A DNA stretch of 63,886 nt, filler included, from Gonapodya sp. JEL0774 (Eukaryota): the NCBI GenBank assembly GCA_027604505.1. It is 3 parts of 3 records of this genome, joined end to end, with 100 filler letters (N's around TTAATTAATTAA, not from the genome) between each part and the next. Parts side by side here need not be neighbours in the genome. Positions count along the whole stretch, not along the records: positions 1 to 21,905 come from JADIIX010000242.1; positions 22,006 to 43,874 come from JADIIX010000243.1; 1 more part is not named here. The stretch is one strand, 5' to 3'. The notes under the pieces were generated by a model, which saw only the letters and a program-made list of their open reading frames with translations, did not search any database and had not been told where the DNA came from. Of this stretch, positions 11,633-23,142 are shown one piece after another; positions within the stretch are counted from its first letter, which is position 1; every line of letters starts with the position of its first letter. Both the position numbers and the translations under genes were made by a program.

Positions 11633-14600
11633 TTCATATCCGTCTGATGCGTGATGCTTAGAACCTTCACGGACACCTTCGCCTTCTGCGGGTTGCCCAC
11701 AGGGCCTGTAGAGGCGATCTATAAGTCATGAAATGACTGACTAGCCTTCGATTATACCGTGTTTCATTTCGAATCGAATCGCAGCAAGAAATCTCTCGGT
11801 TCTGACGGCACCACAACCCTCGACTCCCAACAAGTTCCCTGCAAGCGACGCGACGCCGAGGAAGACTCCACAGCAAAAAGAGATCAAGATGAGGAAGAAT
11901 CGCCGCCATCGCCGGTTTCAGGCAGGTGTACGAAGTCCACGATCTCAAGAATGGGGAACAAGCAAAATGAGAGCCGTGAGGATCACTCGAGACAGAGGCC
12001 GTTAATTCCGGTAAGATCCTGCGACTCCTGATGGTGGTGGATGTGCTGCGGAAGAGCCATCGCCGCAGTTTGGTGGCGAAGGAGCTGCGACCGGTGCGCA
12101 GTGCACAGTTGGCACTCACGCCGGTCCATATAACGCGCGGAATTTCAGTATTTGGCATCCTCTCAGGCCTATTGGCTAAGATCAAGTGTAGTATCTGTTC
12201 TTTCTAGCGTGACAGCTAGAAGACATCCCATCGGGATGTCCTGTCTGTCATTGCATTTTTGGACCTCGGCGGAGTCGCGGCGGGCTTGCTCGTCGTTCTG
12301 CCACGGATGTCGCCCGCGTTACACTGCTGCGGGCTGACGTCCATGATTCCCCTAGCGGGTTTCTGCTATTTGAAATTGAAACCAATGAAAACCCCCCCTA
12401 CGAGATTAAGTGGGCCCGGTATGTGGCGAACTCGCGATACTTCACCACTGTACAGATTTTGTCTTTGATTAGTGTCTACTGGATTCGAATATATATTTGT
12501 CAGGTTTGAGGGAGTTTGTGTGCGAGCTTGTTGGTCCATAGTAGTGGGTCGGATGTGAATTTGGTGTGCCAATCTCGTAATCCACCTCTTCCCTTTCCAA
12601 TCTAGAACGATCGTAAATTGCAGCGATATGTGTATGACTAGCATGTAGCGTAGATAAACCACACGGTGTTGTGATAGGTGAATATCGACGGTATTCGGAC
12701 TACATATTTCACATGAAAACGACCGCCTCCCAACCCGTCTCGACACCGTCTCCACATACAGATACTTGTCGCGCTCATTTTAGCGCTTCGTTCATTCAAA
12801 TCGAACAACCATTGCCTGTTGTGGGTTTGGAAGGTGCAGTTTGGGATGCCCATCAACCCCACCTTGTTCCATCCAACCACATCCGACGCTTCCGCACCCA
12901 TCTCCTCTTCAAAATTGTTCCATGATACCATCTACCGATTTCTCTGCATTTTCCGCTTCCGCTGATCACGGCCATTAACATTGTGTGCAAGCAACGCGTT
13001 CGGCCGGTGAGTGATGACGTGCCGGACTGTGCGATTTCAACAGGGTTGGTGCAATCTCTCGCTCGACGGATACTCAAAACGATCGTAAAATATTATCACT
13101 GTTATCACTGTAGTCGGTCTAAGCAACTGGGCCCGTCCGGGTGTGAACCCGCCGGCGGCGGCAGCGACACACAGCAGAACTCAAGCAGTCCGCCGTCGGC
13201 CACAACTTGGTCCATAAAGGCTAAGTATTGATATGAACTTTCGATCGCTTCATAAGTTTCGAGCAATTTGAATGATATCAGAGTGAAGACGCAAAAGTGT
13301 ACATAACTTGGGAGTCCGATGCGAGTGCCCGATGTCCGCTGTTCATCGGACGTGTTCGCTCCTCTGATGATAATAAACGGTATAGTATGTTTCGAGAGGT
13401 TTTCGATCCCTGATTCTATGATAGTGGAATTGTGTAGAATCCCAAAGCAGTGGAATCGCTGTCGCTGTAATATGGCAGAAGCTACCACCTGTCCCAATGA
13501 TACCCCCCAATTGTCAACGGGAGCCAGTTCATACGAACAGCGACACTGTCTACGATTCTGTAGTATCACTCTTGACCTCGGCCGCCGGCTCCCAGTCCTT
13601 TTCCGTTATGGTGATCCCAGAATTGGTAGAATGGGAGGAGCTCTCTTCTATGGCATCGTAACATCATCGACGTTGCCCTGCGATGGGTTTCTCCTTTCCT
13701 TAAGATAAGGAGAAGCAAAACCGACTCGTCTCTGGAAATTCAACGGTGCCCTGCCGGTTCGTGAGTTACGAATTCAGCGATTCTTTGGAACGCTTGGCCA
13801 ACAGGGTCGATTCTGTTTCACGGTCTCCAGGCGATTTCCATTGTCCTTTCCTCCTCTCAAGGTGACTGTGATAGTCCCCAGCATCGAACGACACTAGGTA
13901 TGTGCGAAGCTGGTTTTCGTGGAAACGCCGAAACCTCCATTCACGTTCTCCATTTGCATCTGATTCCAGCTTCTTCTCCAAGAGTCGTACCGGCTTTGCA
14001 CCCTCTAAGCAACCGTTTTGCGTAGCAGCTACAGCCTCCTCAAACAGCTTCTGGCCATCTTTGCAACAATGGACACACAACATGTGCCTGGGGCAAATGC
14101 TCCGACACTTCCATTCTCGACTTCCAAGACCTGGCCTTCGAAAACGAACCTGAGCTCATACTCGTTGCTTTCCACACCCATTCAATCACACGACCGACCC
14201 AAGAACCTCCCTCCAGTTCCCCACGCACCTCTGCGGCGCTTTGTGCCCCTCTTGGAGAAGCAAGCGGACTGGAATCGAGAGAATCTGAATTCTCTCGCTC
14301 GGGTTCTGTTCGTGAGCGGCAATGACGGCGTACGAATATCGTATCATGACAATGTCGAGACGAAGTACTCGAGGTAACAGGAGAGTATGTTGGACACTTG
14401 AATCTGACGATTCAGCAATTCGTGAAGGAGGATATTATCACTTAATCCATACACCAAATGCATGTTATTTTTCCGCTCATATATTTGTAATCTTATATCA
14501 TTCAAGAACTGCTCGGTGAATTGACGGCATTGCGTGGTGTCACTGTGGATCACTCATTGAGGTACAATCTTAGACCCAATGCTCGTGAGTGCTCTCAGCT

Positions 14601-15247
14601 CAGCCTACAGTTTACCTGAAGATTCACGGACAACATGAAGGGAAGGAACACTGGTGGTACTCAGAGCCCAACAAGAGCGCTGTGATACTTCGCAATTCGT
14701 CACGATGACTACATTTTTGGAAAAGCGGGAAGCGACCGCGCGCACGGACGGCATCATTGACAAGTCGGTTGATGACGGGCGCGTAGGACCACGGGTGAAA
14801 TTAACGTGCAATATTTTGGCAGACAACTATAAGTGATGGATCCTTCTGGATGGTCGTTTACGGACGTTCACGAAAACGCAATCCCCTTTGATATTTTTAC
14901 AACCATACGTGTATATCATACCATACACACAAGTGCACCCAGGGATGATGATCAGAGAGGCCCACACCGTCCTGGCGAAGAAGCGGGGAGGCGAAGGGGT
15001 TCGGACCGGAGCAAGGACGTTTCTTCCTTGGCACAAGGTTTCGGAACCAGATGGCCGAACAGCGTCTGAAATTCGTCTTGCGGAGAGTTTATTTCTTGCC
15101 GCTAAATATCCTTTGATTCCGATCGGGTATTTGGATTTTCCGCAACTCGGCAACGTGGACTGTGATTGCAATCATGGACCAAAAACGGCCACTCAGCGAC
15201 TTCGCTTTGCTTCCCCAATGAGGGCATGGAGTGGCAACGAGGCGTCC

Positions 15248-16249
15248 ATGTCATCCGAGTACGAATGGAGCCAACGTCCTCCAACGGGCCATGCGAAGTC
15301 GAAACGTGGTTCCATCTCACAGACCTCCAAATCAGCATTCAGTCGCACCACTGCCACCAACCCTATTACTGCCGATGACCTTGCAAACGATGCTTCGTGT
15401 AATTATCAAAACTCAATGAATGCGTTCGACGGGGGCCACGTGGACGGGAACGTTGACGCAGCGATCAAGCAGGAAGGCAAACCTGCGTACCCAAATTATC
15501 CCTCATCCTTACCGGTACTGTTGCTTCCTCCATTACCACCCCATCTCTCCGCACCTCTCGAAATGCCGTCTCACTTTGTCGCAGACAACACTCAACCTCA
15601 CGCACCTCTGCCGAACACTCTCCGAATTCCGGCTCGACGAACCCCAGTATCCGACCCCGTGTGTTCAAATATCCACGACAGAAAACGACACCTGATCAAC
15701 TGGAGATTCTTGTTCGGGCTTTCGAGGAGACTGATAATCCGGACTTTTTCTTGAGAAAAAGAATCTCGGCCATGACTGGAATGGCAAACAAGGAAGTGCT
15801 GGCGAGTTTTGGGAGCGGTAGTAACGGGACAAACGCTTCAAAGACGAGCTAAAGTTCTCCGTGAAGCTCGCAGAAACAGCACTCTCCGCACCTCTCCCAG
15901 CACGGAGACGGGACTCTCGGGTGGTGGCCCCATCCGCCACTCGCACTCCATTTCTCCCACGTTCCCCATCGTCGTCGGCGTGTATGGCGCGGACACTCCA
16001 CGACGATTGAGCGCCACATCATCTGCTGGAACACGGACTGTAGAAGAATCCACGAGCCCCGCGTCCTCTGTTTCTGTTGTGGGAACTCAAGTCCATAATA
16101 GCAAAGTGGGATCAGGCCGTGGGGTACGGGAAGGTAGTGAGAGCGGGCCGGCGGGGAATGGGACTGGCGGCTGGGGTAGGGACATGAGCAGGCAAGGAAA
16201 CGAGGAGATCGCCATGGGAATCGGGGTCGCGATGAAGGACTGGCGATGA
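15248..16249 (+). pseudogene. Homeobox gene, apparently damaged in the recognition helix
   Basis: YPRQKTTPDQLEILVRAFEETDNPDFFLRKRISAMTGMANKEV (15661-15800) matches homeodomain helices 1-2. RRAK follows in another frame without WFQN. A plausible intron at 15487-15584 links an upstream exon. Outer boundaries are approximate. Confidence 0.65.
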
Positions 16250-18644
16250 CGCACGGCGATAGTGCACCTCCCCCGTACCCCACATTTGGAGCCCCACACC
16301 CGTTCGCACAGATATTCTCTTTCCACGTTCCACACTCCCCACCGGGGCCGCAACCGCAGCCGATCACACCTCCCACATTTGCCTACACTGTTCCTGTTTA
16401 TGGACCTGTTACTCTCCTCCATGCAGCAACCGGCGCGGTCCCCCCAGACCACATCCCCCAATCTGTGGACAGTGCATCCTCCCCCGCTGCACCCCCTCCC
16501 GTGCTGCTTCCAGGGGACGCAACCTTAGCTCCTGAGGCTCATATCTCGGAGGAGAATCTCTTTGCGACCACCCTGAAGGAGTCTGCTGTTTCACGACGAC
16601 CTGATCAAACTGGCGAGGTCACCACCGCCAAACCTGTACCCAACCTCCACGTCGACTCCCACTGCCTCAACGACTCGCAACGCTCTAATTCTCCTCGGAA
16701 ATGAGTTGCGGGACAACCAATTTTCCAGGACCAAGCTCTGTCGACGAGTTTACCGAGTCTCGCCCTGCAGGGTGCGTTCAGAGAAGCCATAGGTGGTGAC
16801 TGACAAAGGTTGTCGCTCTTTGGTATGGGAGAGGAAGGAACGGACAAGTCGCTATGGAGGATGGACTCGGTGGTGGTGATGCCGAGGGATGGGAAAGGTG
16901 TTTGAGGTGCGAGAGTAGAATGGACATTGGAATTTCACCGATGAATTTTAAATTGCATCACATAGTTTTACAAAACGCACGCACTAACTACAAAGTAGAC
17001 TTCTTGCGGATCGTAGAGTTCTGAAACAACAAAAACCAAATAAACATGCGCACATAGACTGGGTGATATCATTTTCAGATTGCAGAAGAATGATAACAAA
17101 GAGAGAATACGTTGAGTTTTACAAAGTTATGTAATTGGGGCAGATAGGTTCCACAAACACAGAATAGACCAATTATTGTTACACGAAAGTTTCACACATT
17201 GAATCGTCTTTCTGGGTCATTACACAGACGCAATGTGATCCGTGCTCCAACTTTGACTGATGTTCAATCCCGAGCAAGGGGCAGACACAAGCCACGAGTG
17301 CTTTCATTCCATCCTAGTGAGTGTCGAGAACGTCAAACAAGCTCAGTGGATCCCTTTCATCCCAGTTGTGATGAGTGGATCATCCATCTCAATCTGCAAA
17401 GTTATGCCGAAGATTACTGAGCAGGCATTCATCTCGCAAGTAGATAGCGCTAACCTGCCAGGCACTGACTGCGAGTTCCTCTTGATTCTCTACTGTGATG
17501 CAAATGAGTGTAGATTTGCCCAATTCTCAAGGCAGGTGTGAGACACAGCAACCGACCAATTCTCCCATCACTGATTTACAACAACCTGCTCTTACCCAAG
17601 ATCGACAATAAGATTCCGATCCATCCGCTCTACCCACTTGTACTCCACGTCTCCGTGCATCTATAAAACGTCTTCTCAATCTGATCTGCCAATATGCGCC
17701 TCCATTTTACTTTTTCGGACATCAACACCAGATGCCCTGGGTGACAACACCTGTCCCACACTCTGTAGCCAGCCCATCGACAAGAATCCAGCAGAAAATC
17801 TTAGCTTTGAAACCTGATGAAATATGGCCGCAGCAAAGTATCACATGAAAACACTCACGAACAAGAGCAGCACACTCAGTCTCACTGGCCCAGAAGCAGC
17901 CCTAGCAAACAAATTGATCCAGGCAGTAAAGGATGAATCACCCACTACTTTCCTGGACTTTGAGTGGCGAGTGAAAAGCCAGGCATGATGCTCTTCTTAA
18001 AAACCGCAACAACTGCAGGGACCGAGGCTCTTCAAAGTTGGCTCCCTCTGATGGCTCTCACAAGCACAGACTAGGCCCAAGAAATAAAGGTGCTTTGAAA
18101 AGGATTTGAGGACGTCCTCAAAGGGGGCAATTCTTAGTATCAGAGATGCCGACTTGCATGGAATGATTGATTGGAAGGGTTGTTCGAAACCAGATGTTGC
18201 CTGTGCTGGAGAGTGACCTTGGCAGCGGAATACCGCGGATAGTGACCACGACACAAAAACACGTTCATTCGCTGAGGCACTTAGTGGAGAGGCACTGAAA
18301 GTACGGCAATGATGGGATTGATGGAGTCGTTGCCTTGTCCATGGCATCTGCACTTCAGCACATACTCCACAATATATGCCCCGAAAGCAAGCTCAACCTG
18401 TTTACTTCTAAAACGCCAGAGGAGATGTCAATGTTGGATTGCGTCCGCAAATCAAATCTGTTGGCTTCATGGGAGTACAGGTATGAGTTCTGTCAGAGTT
18501 ACATTCAGGTGTGTGATGTGGTTCTGAAATCTGTGACTTTCGAAGAAACATGCTTCTCTACTATGAGAAGTACTTAGAAGACCTCATTGCCTCTTCGCAC
18601 ACTATGGGGGAAGATGCCCTTAGGCACCTTGATCTTTCCTCACG

Positions 18645-20790
18645 TTGAAGCCCTGTGACATTTGAAACAGTCAACATGACAAAGGGTCCAAAGGAGGAAA
18701 AATCATATCTTTGAGGCCTGAAAGTGGATCTTGGGCAGTGATTCCAAACAAGAAAATTCCGCCACTCCTATTGTTAGAGTCCCTGTCAGAGCCAAAACAC
18801 TTCCACAAGACAAGGGTCAACACAATGTGTTTGAGGGACCTGGATTGTGCAACTTGATTTTTGAACAGTGATTCCAGACCAGAGAGATTGCAAAGGATCA
18901 TTTATGACATCTGTGTCACAATGTGACTACTGCTTCTACGGTCAGGTAGCTGGGGTGTGAAGGGGTATTGTGGTCAGAGAGACATTCGCAGATGTGGCAC
19001 TGTAGTATTTAGCACAGGGGCCGGAGACCTTCCTCACGTTTAGCACCGTGGGTCTGCAGGTGAGTATCTGTCGCTCATTATGTATTCATTCACTCATACA
19101 AATCGTGGGTCTGCAGTTGTAGTCTCTGCGTGCTAGTCCTAGGTGGCTGACAATCTGCACTTGAAGCCCTGTCAGATTAGAAGACAAAGGGGAAGATAAG
19201 AACACATCTGTGAGGTCCCAGATAGTCAATCTGGAGCAGTGATTCAAGACAAGAAAACTCCAACAACTCTTGTTGTTGAAATCCTGGCAGACTTGAAATA
19301 CATCACTATGACAAAGGGTCCACAAAACACACAGGGCAAAACAAAACGTGTCTGCAAAGCACAGGAATCCTTACCTTGAAAGGAGATTCAAGACAAATAA
19401 GATACAGCTCCTCCAATTGTTGTTGAAACCCTGTGACATTTCAAACACATCAGCAAGACAAGGGGCCACAAGATACAACACATTAAACCATTTTCTCAAA
19501 TTCCCTTGATTAAACCCTGTGATTTTTGTAACATGTACAAAAAATACAAGGGGTCCACAAAGTGGAAAATAGAGAAAAAGGCAATGTCTGTGAGGGCCTG
19601 GATTGTGTATCTTGATTCTTGAGCATCGAGTCCAGAGGAGAAAGATAGCGAGGGATTCTTTCATGAATTGTGCCCTTGAAGCCCTGTGAGATTTAAAACA
19701 CAGTAAACAAGACAAAGGGAGGATAGAAACAGGTGTGTGCAAGCCTGGAATGGGGATCTCGATGATCGACGGGTGCAAGCCACTCCATTTATTGCTGCAG
19801 CCATGTCAGATTTGAAACACATTAACAAGGCAAGAGGTCACCATAACACACAGTGCAAAAACACGCACCTGTGAGGTCCCTGAGAGTGAATCTTGAACAG
19901 TGATTCCAGACAAGAGAATTGAACCACTTCAATGTTGAAGCCCTGTCAGGTTTGCAACACATCAAAATGACAAAGGGTCCACAAAACATACAGGAGAAAA
20001 TGTGAAGCACCTCAATCATAAGCTTGAACAGTGATTCAACAAGAAGATTGCAATCAGCACAATTTGCTGTTGAAGCCCTGTCAGATTTGAAGCACTTCAA
20101 TGTGACAAAGGCTCAACAAAACACACAGGTGGAACACACCAAAAAAGCACATCTTTGAAACACCAGAATCTTAAACATGAGCTGTGATTTTAAGCAAGAA
20201 AGTTGCAGTCAAATATCTACTGTTACCTAAATGCCCTTCATTTTGCAAACCCATGTGACAAACGAATCATAGAAGCCTCCTCAGATTTGAAACACATCAA
20301 AAAGACATGGGCAAAATAAGGCAGGTTTGTGAAGCACAAGAATCTTAACCTTGAACAGAGATTCAAGACAACAAAATTGTGTGCACATTGGTTCTCCAGT
20401 TGAAGCCCTTTCAAGTTGAAACACATCAACTAGAGAAGGGTCCACAAAACACACAGGGTGAAGTAACTTGTCTGTGAAGCACCAGAATCTTGACCTTGAG
20501 TAGTGATTCCAAAAGAGCAAGATTGCAGCCCTTGATCTATCTTCCAGTTGAAGTCCCTGTCAGATTTGAAGCACATGAACAAGACAAGAGTCCACAAAAT
20601 ATAAAGGAGGAACACACGTGTCTGTGAGGTCCTTGATAGTGTATCATGAGCAGTGATTTAACGCAAGAAAATTGCAGCCAAGCTATCTGTTATTGAAACC
20701 CTGTGAGATTCGAAACACAGCCTAGAAGACAAAGGGTCCACAAAACACACACAGGCAAAAGAATGTGTCCATGAAGAGCGGCAATTTTGA
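18645..20790. repeat. Degenerate tandem array, ~14 units, mostly ~115-150 bp (range ~90-200)
   Basis: Core 'ttgaagccctgtcagatttgaaacacatcaa..gacaaagggtccacaaaacaca' seen near 18647, 18774, 19161, 19276, 19423, 19510, 19676, 19797, 19934, 20070, 20272, 20400, 20548 and 20693. Confidence 0.85.
18914..19152. mobile_element. Solo LTR (239 bp) inserted in the tandem array
   Basis: Begins TGTCA and ends TGACA, flanked by a perfect 5-bp direct repeat ATCTG (18909-18913 and 19153-19157). It interrupts the array periodicity. Confidence 0.85.
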
Positions 20791-20811
20791 ACTTCAGTGG
20801 AGATTCAAGAC

Positions 20812-21245
20812 TAGCATTTTTGATCCACAAGTAACTGGACAATGGGAGACCGTGATGTTTCTCAATGCAGACACCCTACCCATGCAGAACATCCAAGAGC
20901 TCTTTGGAGCACTTGCAGGAGGAGTCCAGCTAGCAGCAGCGCAGGACACAGGGTGGCCCGATATGTTCAACTTGGGAGTGTTTGTGACGAAGCCCAATAG
21001 ACAGGTGTACAAAGAGTTGATTGAAATGGCAGTCCCAGATGGCAGTATGGACAGTGAGTTGGCGGATCTTCCCCTGACAATGCCAACAAGGGTACATCTG
21101 TTGATGGATTCTGTCACTTTGATGTTGTCTTCAATGTGGTTCTTCCCATGTGTCTGATCCAGACAAGATTGCAAGATGCGACCACACTCAATCACTGCTC
21201 AAAAGACCAGATCTGTACGTCGCACTCACAAAGCTTCGCATTTTC
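20812..21245 (+). pseudogene. Glycogenin (GT8) gene fragments in permuted order
   Basis: QWETVMFLNADTLPMQNIQELF...AAAQDTGWPDMFNLGVFVTKP...DGSMD (DxD changed to NAD), followed by FNVVLP...LLKRPDLYVALTKLRIF, which normally lies upstream in glycogenins. Confidence 0.8.
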
Positions 21246-21905
21246 TTCACGCTTGAGCACAGAGAGGCGGTTTGGATGGACAAGGAAGCAGGAAAGGACA
21301 CATGCTTTTTTGCGGGTATCGAAAAAGTTGTAAACTCTGCAAGATCAAACATGCTGATGATCCCCATGTTGGCTACAGCAACATCAGGGGGCATCACCAC
21401 CCCACTGGTCTCTCCTTCCTCCACACCTGCAACGGCTGCACCCTCAACCTCCACTCCTGCAATTTCTACCTCTTGCAAGCAAAGAATGGGGCTGAATGCC
21501 TCTGGAATGTGTGAAAATCTGTCGGTCATTTTTTGTGTGGAATGAGAGGATTATTGACGCTCTCGAGGGATGGGCTGGAGCACAACAAGGAAACTAAGGA
21601 TGCTTGCAAAACTTCAGATAAACTAGAGCCAAACCTGCAAATTTGTGCCTTTGGAGGACCGATGGGATTCTTTCCAACACAGATGCGTCAGTCATCACTT
21701 TGAGGGAAGATATAGCTAAGTGTTCGTGTCTATGGGACCATTACACAGTTGACTTCCACTTTATTGGTTTTTGTGCATTGTGTTTGCAGCTCCGCTGTGA
21801 CCCTCCTTGAGGTCACCTCATCATCTAGTGTGGTGGTTCGCGGCGGAACCGGTGGGTTTCTGTCCCGAAACTCAATGTATGTATGTCTGAACTCGAATAC
21901 AGTGT

Positions 21906-22005
21906 NNNNNNNNNNNNNNNNNNNNNNNNNNNNNNNNNNNNNNNNNNNNTTAATTAATTAANNNNNNNNNNNNNNNNNNNNNNNNNNNNNNNNNNNNNNN
22001 NNNNN
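21906..22005. other. Assembly gap with artificial TTAATTAATTAA linker
   Basis: N-run, ttaattaattaa, N-run. An identical construct occurs at 43875-43974. Confidence 0.95.
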
Positions 22006-22099
22006 GCTGCTTATATGTGAAATCTGCTGAGTTCTGCTGTGGCCTGCTGACTCATCATGATTACGAAACACACCCCATTTTAAGAAGGCTCCCAAATGT

Positions 22100-23019
22100 C
22101 CCATAGACCAAGTCTGCGCCATATACAAATAATTATGGCATTACGTCCAACGCCATCGGAACTTGACAATGACTCATCCCAACGCTTGCCCAAATTACCT
22201 CTTGAGTCCAAATCCCAACATAAAAATAATCATGTCACCAATGGTAGATCACCCAAGGCTTCACAAAAGGTTCCCACGTCCATCAGGCACATGGAGTCCA
22301 CCACACTGAAGGGTGTCGCAAGAACTGCACTGTTGTGAGCCCTCATACCCCACATAAACATAAACAAATTGTCCATCCAGATCCACAATCACAAGTACAT
22401 TCTGCTAAACAAAACCCTTACGATTCCGAAAGGGAACCTGAGCATCCCCTACAGGAATGCTTGCCTTGATGTGTGTACTGTCAGCAGCACCAAGGCACCC
22501 ATCAAAATAGGGGTAGAAAGAAGGGTTCCCTGTGATCTGTTCTGACTGCACAATGTTTGCCGTGAGGAGTACAATATAACCCGGGGCAAGAGCAGCGGCA
22601 GGTGCTTGAGCTGCTCGGACATAGGCTGTTACATTGGACAGGGAGTGCTGAAAGCGAGTCTGTATAGCCTGCATGGACACTCCTTGTCCCAGATACATCG
22701 TCAGCATTGCCATCTGCTGCTCTACGCTGACCTCCGCTGTGTCAATCAGTCCCTGCCGCAAGCAAATCTTGCGGCAGAGGTTTAGGAAGACTGTTTGCGG
22801 CATCCTCAGATTGTCCAGGACCATATCATCATGGCCACGCAGAACCTCCTGAGTGCAGGCCTCGCCCTGAAGTGCGCTATCGGTCATTGGGCGCGGTACT
22901 TGGTGAGGATCGGGAATCAAAAAAGAGGCAGAATTGGCAACGACCACGATGAAGGCCGCACCAGTTGCCGCAACCATCTGAGTCTTCCTTTCCACCTGGT
23001 TGTTTGATTCCACGTCCAT
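22100..23019 (-). mobile_element. PIF/Harbinger transposase remnant (DDE_Tnp_4/HARBI1-like)
   Basis: NLRMPQTVFLNLC...VSVEQQMAML...IQTRFQHSLSNV...YFDGCLGAADSTHI...FRNRKGFV*QNVLVIVDLDGQFVYVYVGYEGS, with an internal stop at 22405. The 3' boundary is approximate. Confidence 0.85.
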
Positions 23020-23142
23020 GTTTTCTGCAATGTGAGAGATGCAGGGTTTCTCTAGGGATTATGGGCGGCATGTTTGGCACTTGCTTGCCCAGAAACTAGT
23101 AATTACGAGGAACTCACACAGGCACCGCCAATAAGGAATACT

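Noticed and set aside
11700..14800. Short ORFs possibly from decayed genes
   Set aside because: No family motif recognised in any frame.
17200..18600. Protein-like ORF fragments on the plus strand
   Set aside because: Probably a pseudogene, but no family could be assigned by eye.
18645..20790. CRISPR-like repeat/spacer appearance
   Set aside because: The repeats are degenerate, the linkers are mutually homologous, the context is eukaryotic and no cas genes are present.
21950..21961. Palindromic TTAATTAATTAA between N-runs (also 43919-43930)
   Set aside because: Identical in both gaps and gives stops in all frames, so it is an artificial scaffolding linker.
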